Assembly (NCBI GenBank): GCA_049968315.1 | Contig: JBMFRA010000008.1 | Coordinates: 662-64,661 of the forward strand | Source: Acidobacteriota bacterium | Lineage (GTDB): Bacteria > Acidobacteriota > UBA4820 > DSQY01 | Length of the DNA stretch: 64,000 bases | Direction of reading: 5' to 3' | Part shown: positions 45,108-55,030 of the stretch, one piece after another | Layout: every line of letters starts with the position of its first letter | How positions within the stretch are numbered: position 1 is the first letter of the stretch | Made by a program: the position numbers and the translations under genes | Notes under the pieces: generated by a model | Seen by the model: only the letters and a program-made list of their open reading frames with translations | What the model was told of the DNA's origin: nothing | Database searches by the model: none

Positions 45108-45869
45108 GTGGGAACCATCATCGCCGTCGCCAACCAAAAGGGCGGGGTCGGAAAGACCACCACCGTCATCAACTTGGGAGCCTCCTTGGCCGCCGCGGAA
45201 AAGCGGATCCTTCTGGTGGACTTCGACCCCCAATCCAACTGTACGTCGGGGCTGGGGGTGTCCTCCCCCGACGGCCGGAACGTCTACGGGTGCCTCTCGG
45301 GCTCCGCCGGCCCGGAGGAAGTGCTAGTGTCCTGCGGCCTGCCCAACCTCCAGCTCCTTCCCGGAGCCGTCTCCCTGGCGGGGGCCGAGGTAGAACTGGC
45401 CGGGGTTCCCCAGCGGGAGTTCGTCCTCCGGAACCTCCTGGGGCCCCTCAAGGACCGCTACGACTACATCCTGGTGGACTGCCCCCCCTCCCTGGGCCTG
45501 CTCACCCTCAACGCCCTGGTGGCGGCGGACGGGGTGCTCATCCCCATCCAGGCGGAGTTCTTCGCCATGGAGGGGGTTTCGCTCCTCCTGCGTACCCTGG
45601 AACGGGTCCGCGAGTCCCTCAACCCCGAGCTGGCCGTCACCGGCGTCCTCCTCACCATGGTGGACGAGCGGACCAACCTCGCCCGCCAGGTCTCCGCCGA
45701 GGTCCAGCGCTTCTTCGGGGGGCGGGTCTTCCGGGCCTCCATCCCCCGCAACGTCAAGCTCGCCGAGGCCCCCTCCTTCGGAAAGCCGGCCCTCCTGTAC
45801 GATGTGGCCTCCCGGGGGGCCCAGGCCTACCTGCACGTGGCCAAGGAGTTCCTCTCCCATGAACCCTAA
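45108..45869 (+). CDS. parA: Chromosome partitioning ATPase ParA (Soj)
   Basis: Deviant Walker A ANQKGGVGKTTT. GTG start at 45108, 5 nt after AGGAGG; an upstream in-frame ATG at 45081 is an alternative. Confidence 0.93.
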   Translation: MGTIIAVANQKGGVGKTTTVINLGASLAAAEKRILLVDFDPQSNCTSGLGVSSPDGRNVYGCLSGSAGPEEVLVSCGLPNLQLLPGAVSLAGAEVELAGVPQREFVLRNLLGPLKDRYDYILVDCPPSLGLLTLNALVAADGVLIPIQAEFFAMEGVSLLLRTLERVRESLNPELAVTGVLLTMVDERTNLARQVSAEVQRFFGGRVFRASIPRNVKLAEAPSFGKPALLYDVASRGAQAYLHVAKEFLSHEP

Positions 45870-46704
45870 GAACGTCCTGGGACGGGGCCTGGACGCCCTC
45901 ATCGGCGCGCCGGGTCCCGAAGCCAAGCGGGTCCTCGAGGTGGAGATCCACCGCCTGAAGCCCAACCCCCGGCAGCCCCGCACCGCCTTCGATTCGGAGG
46001 CCCTGGACGAGCTGGCGCGCTCCATCGCCGAGAACGGGATCCTCCAGCCCATCCTGGTGCGCCCCGCCGACGGGGGCTACGAGATCATCGCCGGGGAGCG
46101 CCGGTGGCGGGCGGCCCAGCAGGCCGGCCTCCACCGTGTCCCTGTCCTGGTCCGGGAGGCCGCCGATCCCCAGTTGCTGGAACTGGCGCTGGTGGAAAAC
46201 CTCCAGAGGGCGGACCTCAACCCCGTGGAGGAGGCCCGGGCCTACCGGCTCCTGGTGGAGGATCTGGGGCTGACCCAGGAGGAGGTGGCCCGAAAGGTGG
46301 GGAAGGACCGGGCTACGGTGGCCAACGTGCTTCGGCTCCTCCACCTCCCCGAGCCGGCCCTCCGGGCCCTGGAGGAAGGGCGCCTCACCGTGGGCCACGC
46401 CAAGGCCCTCCTCTCCCGGCGGCGCCGGGAGGAGCAGGCCGCCCTCCTGGAGGCCATCCTTCGCAGGGGCCTTTCGGTCCGGGAGGCGGAGGCCTTCCAG
46501 CTCCCCGCCAAGGCGGCCGCCCCTGAGCGGAGAAGCGACCCGGACACCGCCGCGGCGGAGAAGACCCTGAGCCGCCACCTGGGGCTTCCCGTCACCATCC
46601 GGCGCCGGGGGAAGGGCGGGCGCCTGGAGGTGGCCTTCCGCAACGAAGAGGAGTTGCAGGGGCTCTACGAGCGGCTTCTCGGCGAGAGGAGGAGGACCCC
46701 ATGA
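45859..46704 (+). CDS. parB: Chromosome partitioning protein ParB (Spo0J)
   Basis: ParB box [10 protein letters not shown] and an HTH region. ATG at 45859 overlapping the parA end. Confidence 0.93.
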   Translation: MNPKNVLGRGLDALIGAPGPEAKRVLEVEIHRLKPNPRQPRTAFDSEALDELARSIAENGILQPILVRPADGGYEIIAGERRWRAAQQAGLHRVPVLVREAADPQLLELALVENLQRADLNPVEEARAYRLLVEDLGLTQEEVARKVGKDRATVANVLRLLHLPEPALRALEEGRLTVGHAKALLSRRRREEQAALLEAILRRGLSVREAEAFQLPAKAAAPERRSDPDTAAAEKTLSRHLGLPVTIRRRGKGGRLEVAFRNEEELQGLYERLLGERRRTP

Positions 46705-47108
46705 TGGGAAAGAAGGTCTCCGACGCCGTCCAGGTGGGCGGCATGCTGGGAGAAGGGGTAACGGTGGAGGGGACGCTGACCTTCACCCAGACCTTCCGCG
46801 TGGACGGAGAGTTCAAAGGGAAGATCCTCCGCTCCGACCGCCTGGTGGTGGGGGAGAAGGGCAAGGTCTCCGGGGAGGTGGAGGTCAATTCCCTGGTGGT
46901 CTACGGCCGCCTGGAGGGCAAGGCCCTGGTGAAGGGGCCGGTGGAGGTCCACCCCAAAGGCCGGGTGGTGGGCGAGCTGACCCTCACGGCGCCCCTCCTG
47001 ACGGTGATGGACGGAGGGTTCCTCGAGGGGACCCTGCGGCTCCAGGAGAAGGGTGCTCCGCCGCCGGAGAAGCCCGAGAAGAAGGCCGCCGGGGAGGAAC
47101 CCCGGTGA
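46701..47108 (+). CDS. Bactofilin (DUF583 polymer-forming cytoskeletal protein)
   Basis: Repetitive beta-helical G-x-V/L pattern typical of the bactofilin domain. Start overlaps the parB stop. Confidence 0.8.
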   Translation: MMGKKVSDAVQVGGMLGEGVTVEGTLTFTQTFRVDGEFKGKILRSDRLVVGEKGKVSGEVEVNSLVVYGRLEGKALVKGPVEVHPKGRVVGELTLTAPLLTVMDGGFLEGTLRLQEKGAPPPEKPEKKAAGEEPR

Positions 47109-48394
47109 GGGCCCCGGCCGCACGGGGGATCGGTCCCCGGGTGTCGCCGGCGGTGCTGGCCCGGCGCCGGGAGGCCTTCCGGAAGAAGCTCCTGGAACGG
47201 GCCGCCGGCAGGCCGGGGATCGCCGCCCTCTTCGCCGGCGAAGAGGCGGGCCTGGACGGCTTCCGGGTCTCCCCCAACTTCTACTACCTCACCGGTCTGG
47301 TGGTGGAGGGGGCGGCCCTCCTCGTGGCCTTGGGTGGGGACCGGGCGGAGGAGATCCTCCTCTTGCCCCTGCCCGACCCCGCCAAGGACCGGTGGAAGGG
47401 GCCTGGCCCCGACCCCGGCGGCCTCACCCCCGAGGCGGCACCCGACGCCCGCCGCCGGCGGCTCCAGAAGGCCACGGGGTTCGACCGGATCCTCTACGCC
47501 CACCAGGCGGAGGAGGCGCTGGCCCGTCCCCTCCGGCAGGCGGAACTGCTTTTTCTGGACTTTCCCATGGACGCCCCCGATCCCCGGCCCGACCACCCCC
47601 TGGCCCGCCGGCTCCTGGAGCGCCACCCCTACCTGGAGGTCCACCACGCGGGCCGGCTCCTGGGCGAGCTTCGGCGGGTGAAGGACCCGGCGGAGATCGC
47701 CGCCATGGAGCGTGCGGCGGCGGTGACCGACGCCGCCCACGAAGCCCTCCTCCGCCACCTCCGGCCCGGCATGGCGGAGTACGAGGCCCAGGCCCTGGCG
47801 GAGTACGTCTTCACCGCATCGGGCGCCCGGGACCGGGCCTTCGCCACCATCGTGGGTTCCGGCCCCAACAGCTGCCTGCTTCACTACGGCCGCAACGACC
47901 GGCGGATGGAGGAGGGGGACCTGGTGGTCTGCGACATGGGGGCCAGGGTGGACCAGTACTGCGCCGACGAGACGCGGACCTTCCCCGTCTCCGGGCGTTT
48001 CACCCGCCGCCAGGCGGAGATCTACGACCTGGTCCTCGAGGCCCACGACGCCGCCCTGGCCGCGGCCAAGCCGGGGGCCACCACGCGGGAGGTCCACGAA
48101 GCGGCCGCATCGGTCATCCGAAAGGGTGGCCACGAGGCCCACTTCTTCCACGGAACCAGCCATTACCTGGGTCTGGAGGCCCACGACCCTGGTCCCTACG
48201 ACCGGCCCCTGGAACCGGGGGTCGTCATCACCGTGGAGCCGGGGGTCTACATCGCCCGGGAGGCCCTGGGCGTACGGATCGAGGACGACGTGCTGGTCAC
48301 GGAGACGGGGTGCCGCCTCCTGACCCGGGCCCCCCGGACCCGGCGGGAGATCGAGCGCCGCATGGCGGCGAAGCGCCGGCGCCTCGTCGTCTGA
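47105..48394 (+). CDS. Xaa-Pro aminopeptidase (M24B family metallopeptidase)
   Basis: Pita-bread fold metal ligands (DMGARVDQYCAD, HGTSHYLGLEAHD, EPGVY, IEDDVLVT). GTG start. Confidence 0.88.
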   Translation: MRAPAARGIGPRVSPAVLARRREAFRKKLLERAAGRPGIAALFAGEEAGLDGFRVSPNFYYLTGLVVEGAALLVALGGDRAEEILLLPLPDPAKDRWKGPGPDPGGLTPEAAPDARRRRLQKATGFDRILYAHQAEEALARPLRQAELLFLDFPMDAPDPRPDHPLARRLLERHPYLEVHHAGRLLGELRRVKDPAEIAAMERAAAVTDAAHEALLRHLRPGMAEYEAQALAEYVFTASGARDRAFATIVGSGPNSCLLHYGRNDRRMEEGDLVVCDMGARVDQYCADETRTFPVSGRFTRRQAEIYDLVLEAHDAALAAAKPGATTREVHEAAASVIRKGGHEAHFFHGTSHYLGLEAHDPGPYDRPLEPGVVITVEPGVYIAREALGVRIEDDVLVTETGCRLLTRAPRTRREIERRMAAKRRRLVV

Positions 48395-48400
48395 GGGCCT

Positions 48401-50227
48401 TCACTCCACCGTCACGCTCTTGGCCAGGTTGCGGGGTTGGTCCACGTCGGCTCCCCGCGTGACCGCCACGTGGTAGGCCAGCAACTGCAGCGGGACGACC
48501 GTCAGGATGGGCATGAAGAGCGGGTCGGTCTCCGGCACCAGGAAGACCTCGTCGGCCAGGGTCCTCAGGCGGGCGTCGGCCTCGTTGCAGACGGCCAGGA
48601 CCTTGCCCTCCCGGGCCTTCACCTCCTCCAGGTTGGAGAGCAGCTTCCCGTAGACCTCGTCCCGGGGGGCCACGGCCACCACGGGGAGGTTTTCGTCGAT
48701 GAGGGCGATGGGGCCGTGCTTCATCTCCCCCGAGGGGTACCCCTCGGCGTGGATGTAGGAGATCTCCTTGAGCTTGAGGGCCCCCTCCAGGGCGATGGGG
48801 TACTGGATGCCCCGCCCAAGGTAGAGAAAGTCCTTGTACCGGTGGTATTTGCGGGCGGCCTCCTCCACCTGGGGTTCCAGGGCCAGGGCCTGCTCCATGA
48901 GGGAGGAGATCTGGTTCAGGGACGCCAGGCGCCGGCGCAGGGCCTCGGCGGAGAGGGTCCCCCGGACCTCCCCCAGGTGGAGGGCCAGAAGGGCCAGGGC
49001 GGTGAGCTGGGTGGTGAAGGCCTTGGTGGAGGCCACGCTGATCTCCGGTCCCGCGTGGGTGTAGAGGGTCCCCTCCGCCTCCCGGGTGAGCATGCTCCCC
49101 ACCACGTTGCAGACGGCCAGCGTGTGGGCCCCCTTGGCCTTGGCCTCCCGCAGGGCGGCGAGGGTGTCCGCCGTCTCCCCCGACTGGGAGATGAAGATGC
49201 AGAGCGTCCGGGAATCCACCAGGGGGTCCCGGTAGCGGAACTCCGATCCGTAGTCCACCTCGGCGTGGAGGCGGGCCAGTCCCTCGATCATGTACCGGGC
49301 GCAGAGGGCGGCGTGCCAGGAGGTGCCGCAGGCCACCAGGACCACCCGCTCCACCGAAGCGAGGACCTCCCGGCCGACCTCCACCTCCTCCAGGCAGACC
49401 TGGCCGCGGTCCAGGGAGATCCTTCCCACCAAGGTGTCGGCCACCGCCCGCGGCTGCTCGAAGATCTCCTTCTGCATGAAGTGCTTGAACCCCGCCTTCT
49501 CCGCCTGGATCGGGTCCCAGGTGATGCGGGTGGGGGCCTTGGTCCTCGGGCGGCCGGAGAAGTCGGTGAAGCGGGCGGAGCCGGCCTCCACCACCGCCAT
49601 CTCGCCGTCGTCCAGAAAGACCATCTCCCGGGTGTGGGCCAGGATGGCGGGGATGTCGCTGGCCACGAAGTTCTCCCCGTTCCCCAGCCCCACCACCAGC
49701 GGGGGGCCCTGGCGGGCGGCCACGATGCGGAAGGGGTTCCGGGTGCTCACGGCGGCGAGGGCGAAGATTCCCGTCAGCCGGCGGGCCACGGCCCCCATGG
49801 CCGCCTCCAGGTCGTCCCCCTGCTCTTCCAGGAGGTGGGCCACCACCTCCGTGTCGGTCTCCGTTCGGAAGCGGTGGCCGCGGGCCAGGAGTTCTTCCTT
49901 GAGCGCGAGGTAGTTCTCGATGATCCCGTTGTGGACCACCACCACCTCCCCCTTGCAGTCGGTGTGGGGGTGGGCGTTCTCCTCGGTGGGGCGCCCGTGG
50001 GTGGCCCACCGGGTGTGGCCCAGGCCGTAGACGCCCTTGAGGGGGTTGAGGCGCAGCTTCTCTTCCAGGTGGAGGATCTTCCCGGCGGCCCGCTCCGTCC
50101 GCAGGGCCGAACCGTCGAAGACCGCCAGCCCCGCCGAATCGTACCCCCGGTACTCCAGCCTTCTGAGCCCCTCCATCAGGATGGGGACGGGGTCCTTGGG
50201 CCCGATGTAACCCACGATGCCGCACAT
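48401..50227 (-). CDS. glmS: Glutamine--fructose-6-phosphate aminotransferase (isomerizing)
   Basis: N-terminal nucleophile MCGIVGY, two SIS domains, C-terminal VTVE; 608 aa. Confidence 0.97.
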   Translation of the reverse strand: MCGIVGYIGPKDPVPILMEGLRRLEYRGYDSAGLAVFDGSALRTERAAGKILHLEEKLRLNPLKGVYGLGHTRWATHGRPTEENAHPHTDCKGEVVVVHNGIIENYLALKEELLARGHRFRTETDTEVVAHLLEEQGDDLEAAMGAVARRLTGIFALAAVSTRNPFRIVAARQGPPLVVGLGNGENFVASDIPAILAHTREMVFLDDGEMAVVEAGSARFTDFSGRPRTKAPTRITWDPIQAEKAGFKHFMQKEIFEQPRAVADTLVGRISLDRGQVCLEEVEVGREVLASVERVVLVACGTSWHAALCARYMIEGLARLHAEVDYGSEFRYRDPLVDSRTLCIFISQSGETADTLAALREAKAKGAHTLAVCNVVGSMLTREAEGTLYTHAGPEISVASTKAFTTQLTALALLALHLGEVRGTLSAEALRRRLASLNQISSLMEQALALEPQVEEAARKYHRYKDFLYLGRGIQYPIALEGALKLKEISYIHAEGYPSGEMKHGPIALIDENLPVVAVAPRDEVYGKLLSNLEEVKAREGKVLAVCNEADARLRTLADEVFLVPETDPLFMPILTVVPLQLLAYHVAVTRGADVDQPRNLAKSVTVE

Positions 50228-50239
50228 GGTTCCCTCCCG

Positions 50240-51661
50240 TCAGCTCCCCGGGTTCCCCTCCGGAGGGGAAGAGGCCTCCGGCCCCTTGGGGCCCTTCTTC
50301 TTCCGGGCCACCCACCCTTCGATGTTGCGCTGGGGAACCCGGGAAACCGCCAGGGCCCCCGGCGGGACCGCATGGGTCACCGTGGTTCCCGCGCCGATGT
50401 AGGCCCCGTCGCCCACGGTGACGGGGGCGACGAGCTGGGTATCGCTGCCCACGAAGACCCGTTCCCCCAGGACGGTCCGGTGTTTCTTCTCGCCGTCGTA
50501 GTTGCAGGTGATGGTTCCGGCGCCGATGTTGGATCCGGCGCCCACGGTGGCATCCCCCAGGTAGGAGAGGTGGTTGGCCTTGACCCCGCGCCCCAGGGCC
50601 GCCTTCTTGGTCTCGACGAAGTTCCCCAGGTGGACGCCCTCCCCCAGGACGGTCCCCTCCCGGGTCCGGCTGAAGGGGCCCACGATGCACCGGGGCCCCA
50701 CGGCGGTCTTTTCAAGGACGCAGTGTTCCTTCACGAGGGTCCCCGCGCCCACTTCCGTATCGGAGAGGACGGAGAAACTCCGCACCTCCACGCCCTCATC
50801 CAGGCGGGTCGTCCCCTGAAGGCGGACGAAGGGGTGGAGCAGAACCCCCGGCGCCAGGCGCACGGCGGGCTCGATCCAGGTGGTGCCGGGGTCCAGGACG
50901 GTGACGCCGGCGTCCATCCAGGCCTCCACCAGGGAGGCCCGCAGGCGGGCGTTGGCCCGGGCCAGTTCCCGCTGGCTGTTGATGCCCAGAAAGGCCTCGG
51001 GATCGGAGGTCCGGAAGAGGACCGCCGGCCTTCCCTCTCGGTGGAGCAGGGCGAAGAGGTCGGTGAGGTAGTACTCCCGTTGGGCGTTGTTCCGGCCGAT
51101 GGCCGAGAGGAGGGAAAAAACCTCGGGGGACCGGAGGAAGTACACGCCGGTGTTGACCTCGGGGATGGCGCGCTCCTCCGGGGAGCAGTCCTTGGCCTCC
51201 CGGATGGCCCGGAGGCGTTCCCCTTCCCGCAGCACGCGCCCGTAGGTCCCCGGCTCCGGAAGGACCATGGAGACCACCGCCGCCGGAAGCCGGGAGGCGG
51301 TGAAGCCACCCCAGAACCCTGCCAACTCGTCCATGGGCAGCAGCGGGGCGTCCCCCGGAACCACCAGCACCTCCGCCTCCCCCTCGGCCTCCAGCGGTTC
51401 GCGGCAGAGGGAGAGGGCGTGTCCGGTCCCGAGCTGGGGCTCCTGGATCACGGGCACGGCGCCGAAGGCCTCCGCCAGGGGGACCACCTCGTCGCGCTGG
51501 TGGCCGGCCACGACGAAGATCCTCGAGGGCTCCAGCCGGGAGAGGGCCTCCAGCAGGTGGGCCAGCAGGGGGCGCCCCAGGAGCGGGTGGAGGACCTTGG
51601 CCCGGGGGGACTTCATGCGGGTGCCGAGACCGGCGGCGAGGACGACGGCGAGGCGCTTCAT
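50240..51661 (-). CDS. glmU: Bifunctional UDP-N-acetylglucosamine pyrophosphorylase / glucosamine-1-phosphate N-acetyltransferase
   Basis: N-terminal LAAGLGTRMKS nucleotidyltransferase motif and C-terminal left-handed beta-helix hexapeptide repeats. Confidence 0.95.
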   Translation of the reverse strand: MKRLAVVLAAGLGTRMKSPRAKVLHPLLGRPLLAHLLEALSRLEPSRIFVVAGHQRDEVVPLAEAFGAVPVIQEPQLGTGHALSLCREPLEAEGEAEVLVVPGDAPLLPMDELAGFWGGFTASRLPAAVVSMVLPEPGTYGRVLREGERLRAIREAKDCSPEERAIPEVNTGVYFLRSPEVFSLLSAIGRNNAQREYYLTDLFALLHREGRPAVLFRTSDPEAFLGINSQRELARANARLRASLVEAWMDAGVTVLDPGTTWIEPAVRLAPGVLLHPFVRLQGTTRLDEGVEVRSFSVLSDTEVGAGTLVKEHCVLEKTAVGPRCIVGPFSRTREGTVLGEGVHLGNFVETKKAALGRGVKANHLSYLGDATVGAGSNIGAGTITCNYDGEKKHRTVLGERVFVGSDTQLVAPVTVGDGAYIGAGTTVTHAVPPGALAVSRVPQRNIEGWVARKKKGPKGPEASSPPEGNPGS

Positions 51662-51677
51662 GAACGCTGTCTCCTTC

Positions 51678-52928
51678 TCAGGGGGCCGTCCAGGCGGGGA
51701 CGCCCCCGATGTAGACCGCCCGGAGGCCGCCTTCGCCGTAAGGGTAGAAGAGGTGCAGGTAATCGGGGCGGTCCCAGAGGGTGAAGTCGGCCCGCTTGCC
51801 CTCCTCGAGGGAGCCGGCCTCGCCGTGGATCCGAAGGGCGTAGGCGGCGTTGAGGGTCACCCCCCAGATGGCCTCCTCCGGGAGGAGCCCCATGCCGAAG
51901 ACGGCGAGGGTCACGGCTTCCCAGAGGTTGGTGGTGTAGGACGAGCCGGGGTTGCAGTCGGTGGAGAGGGCCACGGCGCACCCGCCCTCCAGGAGGGCCC
52001 GGGCCGGCGCGAAGGCCTTGCGGAGGTAGAAGGAGGTTCCAGGCAGGAGGGTGGCCACGACCCCCTCCCGGGCCAGGGCGGCGATTCCCTCGGGGGAAAC
52101 GGCCATGAGGTGGTCGGCGCTCACGGCCCCCACCTCCGCCGCCAGGGCCGCCCCGCCGGTGTCCACGATCTCGTCGGCGTGGAGGCGGGGGAGGAGGCCG
52201 AGGGCCTTTGCCTCCAGGAGGATGCGGCGGGACTGCTCCGGCGTAAAGGCCCCCTCCTCGCAGAAGACGTCGCAGAAGCGGGCGAGCCCCAGGGCCGCCA
52301 CCTCCGGCAGGATCTCCCCGCAGAGAAGGTCCACGTAGGCCTCCGGGGAATGGCGGAACTCCGGCGGCACGAAGTGGGCGCCCAGGAAGGTGGCCACCAC
52401 CCGCTGGGGGCCCCGGCGATCCAGAGCGGCGATCACCCGGAGCTGTTTGAGTTCCGCCTCGCGGCAGAGGCCGTATCCGCTCTTGGCCTCGAAGGCCGTG
52501 ACGCCGTGCCGGAGGAAGCGCCGGGCCAGGTCCCCCCCGGCCCCCAGGAGCTCCTCTTCCGGAGCCGCCCGCACCGCCTCCATGGTGGAGAGAATTCCGC
52601 CACCGGCCCGGGCGATCTCCATGTAGGTGGCGCCCTTCAGGCGTAGGGCCAGCTCGTGGGCGCGGTCGCCGAGGAAGGGAACGTGGGTGTGGGGGTCCAC
52701 CAGGCCCGGAAGGACCGTTGCCCGGGGAGCCTCCAGGCGGTGGGCGGCGGAGGCGCCGCGGACCTCCCTCCAGGGCCCCGCGAAGGCCACCCGCCCGTTT
52801 CGGATCCCCAGGGCCCCCTCCCCGAGGGCCGGCAGCTCCGAAGCGGCGGGCCCGCGCCGGGGCGCTTCCCCAGCGCAGGTCACCAGGCACCCGATGGGGC
52901 CCACCAAGAGGTCGAAGTCGGCGCCCAT
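51678..52928 (-). CDS. Imidazolonepropionase-like amidohydrolase (HutI family)
   Basis: Start MGADFDLL at 52928; the listed 766-aa ORF is an extension. Motifs GLVDPHTHVPF, FEAKSGYGL and RLHADE. Confidence 0.65.
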   Translation of the reverse strand: MGADFDLLVGPIGCLVTCAGEAPRRGPAASELPALGEGALGIRNGRVAFAGPWREVRGASAAHRLEAPRATVLPGLVDPHTHVPFLGDRAHELALRLKGATYMEIARAGGGILSTMEAVRAAPEEELLGAGGDLARRFLRHGVTAFEAKSGYGLCREAELKQLRVIAALDRRGPQRVVATFLGAHFVPPEFRHSPEAYVDLLCGEILPEVAALGLARFCDVFCEEGAFTPEQSRRILLEAKALGLLPRLHADEIVDTGGAALAAEVGAVSADHLMAVSPEGIAALAREGVVATLLPGTSFYLRKAFAPARALLEGGCAVALSTDCNPGSSYTTNLWEAVTLAVFGMGLLPEEAIWGVTLNAAYALRIHGEAGSLEEGKRADFTLWDRPDYLHLFYPYGEGGLRAVYIGGVPAWTAP

Positions 52929-53428
52929 CAGGATTCCCGGCCCAGCGTGGCCACGTTCTCCCGCTTCTCCTCCTCCGAGAGGGCCTCCACCAGGGCCGAA
53001 AGGCGGGAGACCAGATCCTGGAGGCCCTGGACCAGCGCCCGGCGCTCGGTGCGCAGGTCCAGGATCTGGCGTTCGATGGCGGTGGCCCGGAGCTGGGCCT
53101 GCTGGATCAGGGCCTGGCCCTTGATTTCCGCCTCCTGGACGGTGCTCTGGGCCTCCCGCAAGGCCTGGGCCTTCAGGTCGTCGGAAACCTTCTGGGCGGT
53201 GTAGAGGGCCTCCCGCAGGAGCCCCTCCCGGTGGCGGAACTCCTCCAGGGCGGCCTCCAGGTGTTCCTTGTCCTTGAGGAGCCGCTGGTTCTCCAAGGTG
53301 AGGGCCTGGTAGGACTCGGCGGCGGCCTGGAGGAAGAGCTGGACCTCGTCGGGGTCGAAACCCCGGAAGACCCGGCGGAAGGTGGCCGACTGGACCTCGA
53401 TGGGGGACAGGGGTTTGCGCGTGGTCAT
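52928..53428 (-). CDS. divIVA: Cell division protein DivIVA (coiled-coil)
   Basis: N-terminal DivIVA signature PIEVQSATFRRVFRGFDPDEVQLFL followed by a coiled coil. Confidence 0.85.
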   Translation of the reverse strand: MTTRKPLSPIEVQSATFRRVFRGFDPDEVQLFLQAAAESYQALTLENQRLLKDKEHLEAALEEFRHREGLLREALYTAQKVSDDLKAQALREAQSTVQEAEIKGQALIQQAQLRATAIERQILDLRTERRALVQGLQDLVSRLSALVEALSEEEKRENVATLGRES

Positions 53429-54145
53429 TCAAGCCTCCCGGGGGCCGAAGAGGGACGTACCCAGGCGCACCAGGGTTGCGCCCTCCTCCACGGCCACCTC
53501 GAAGTCGTGGCTCATCCCCATGGAGAGCCATCGGAAGGCCTCCCGTTGGGGGTGAAGGCCGAGGATCTCCTCGAAAAGGGACCGAAGGCGGCGGAAGTGG
53601 GGGCGGGAGGCTTCCGGATCGGGATCGTAGGGGGGGACTCCCAGAAGCCCCGTCAGGCTCAGGTTGGGGAGGGAAAGGACCAACCGGGCCAAGGAGACGG
53701 CCTCCCCGGGGGCGACGCCCCCCTTCTGGGACTCCTCGCCGAGGTTCACCTCCAGCATGACCTCCCGCTGGAGCCGCTCCTCGCCGGCGATCCGGGAGAG
53801 CCGGAGGGCCAGCTCCTCCGAATCCACGGTGTCCAGGCTGTGGAAGAGGCGCAGCGCCCGGCGGGCCTTGTTGGCCTGCAGGCGCCCGATGAAGTGGAAG
53901 CGTCGGGAACGGAAGAAGTCCGGCCCCAGGGCCCGGGCGTGGCCCTCCCCCTCCTGGACCCGGTTTTCTCCGAAACAATCGACCCCCGCCCGGGCGGCCG
54001 CCTCCACTTGGGCGGCGGTCCGTCCCTTCACGGCGGCCATGAGGACCACCTCTCCGGGGGCCCTCCCGGCCCGGCGGGCCGCCGCCTCCAGGGCCGCCTT
54101 CGCATCCCCGACCCGCTCCTCGATGGAGTTTCCGCCGCGAACCAT
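53429..54145 (-). CDS. yggS: PLP homeostasis protein YggS/YlmE (alanine-racemase-fold PLP enzyme)
   Basis: Motifs KGRTAAQVEAA, FGENRVQE, HFIGRLQANK and SMGMSHDFEVA. Confidence 0.88.
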   Translation of the reverse strand: MVRGGNSIEERVGDAKAALEAAARRAGRAPGEVVLMAAVKGRTAAQVEAAARAGVDCFGENRVQEGEGHARALGPDFFRSRRFHFIGRLQANKARRALRLFHSLDTVDSEELALRLSRIAGEERLQREVMLEVNLGEESQKGGVAPGEAVSLARLVLSLPNLSLTGLLGVPPYDPDPEASRPHFRRLRSLFEEILGLHPQREAFRWLSMGMSHDFEVAVEEGATLVRLGTSLFGPREA

Positions 54146-54214
54146 GGCCCTACGGTAGGCAAGGCCCCGCCGGTTGTCAAGGAAGGGGGTTGGAGGGGGG
54201 TCCCGGGCGGGGGT

Positions 54215-55030
54215 ATGCTGGAACGGGAGGCGACGTTGGCCGAAGGTTCCACCCTGCGCTACGAGGGAATTCCCCTGGCGGACTTTCTGGCGGCCCTGGG
54301 CCTCCGGGAGAGGCCCGGCCTTCTCCCCGCACCGTCCGCCCTTAAGGAGGCCCTCCTCTCGGCCTCCTGGAGCCCCGTCCCCGGCGAGGCCTCGCCCCTG
54401 TCCCTCTACCTCTTGGAGGAACGGGACGCCCTGACCCAGACGCGGGAGGCCTACCTCCTGGTGAAGGGGGAGGGGCGCTACGCCCGCCCGCTCAGGGAGT
54501 TGGTCCTCCGCCTCGGCCGCTTTTTCCGGGGCCGGAACCTTCCCGTCCTCTTCCGGATCGATCCCCGCTACGGCCTCCTGGTGGGAAGCGCCCTGGAACC
54601 GCTGGACCCCGCCGTCAAATGGGACCGCCCCAGGGTCTACGCCGCCCTGGCCTTCACCGCCGACCCCGCCTCTCCCTCCCTCGCCCTCCTGGAGTACGTT
54701 CCCGCCTCCCAGCAGGCGGCCTACCGGGCGCTCTTCGTCAAGTACAACGGGGTGGAACCGGCCCGCCCGGGGCTTCTGACCCAGGTCTTTCGGCGGTGGA
54801 AGGGTTCCCGGGCCGAAGGAGAGGCAGGTCCCGGAGGGCTCACCTACGGGATGTTGGCCACCCTGGGGGCCTTTCTCCAGCGGGAGAGCGTGGAGAAGGC
54901 TTCCCTTTCGCTGATCTTCAAGGGGATTTCCCCGTCGGAGGCCGCCGGCTTCGTCCTGGACCCCGGACGGGCCACCTTCTACCCCTCCGGCTACGACCGT
55001 TTCTTCGCCTCCCTGGGGGAGCTGGCGTGA
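54215..55030 (+). CDS. Hypothetical protein (271 aa)
   Basis: In-frame C-terminal portion of a long ORF; ATG at 54215 sits 70 nt from the divergent yggS start. No recognizable domain. Confidence 0.45.
   Translation: MLEREATLAEGSTLRYEGIPLADFLAALGLRERPGLLPAPSALKEALLSASWSPVPGEASPLSLYLLEERDALTQTREAYLLVKGEGRYARPLRELVLRLGRFFRGRNLPVLFRIDPRYGLLVGSALEPLDPAVKWDRPRVYAALAFTADPASPSLALLEYVPASQQAAYRALFVKYNGVEPARPGLLTQVFRRWKGSRAEGEAGPGGLTYGMLATLGAFLQRESVEKASLSLIFKGISPSEAAGFVLDPGRATFYPSGYDRFFASLGELA

Noticed and set aside
48437-51784. 1115-aa plus-strand ORF opposite glmS/glmU
   Set aside because: Antisense to two highly conserved minus-strand genes. No motifs, with a Gly/Pro/Glu-rich product.
52718-54214. 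N-terminal two-thirds of the 770-aa plus-strand ORF 52718..55030
   Set aside because: It overlaps DivIVA and YggS on the opposite strand. Only the last 271 codons (from ATG 54215) lie in otherwise gene-free space.
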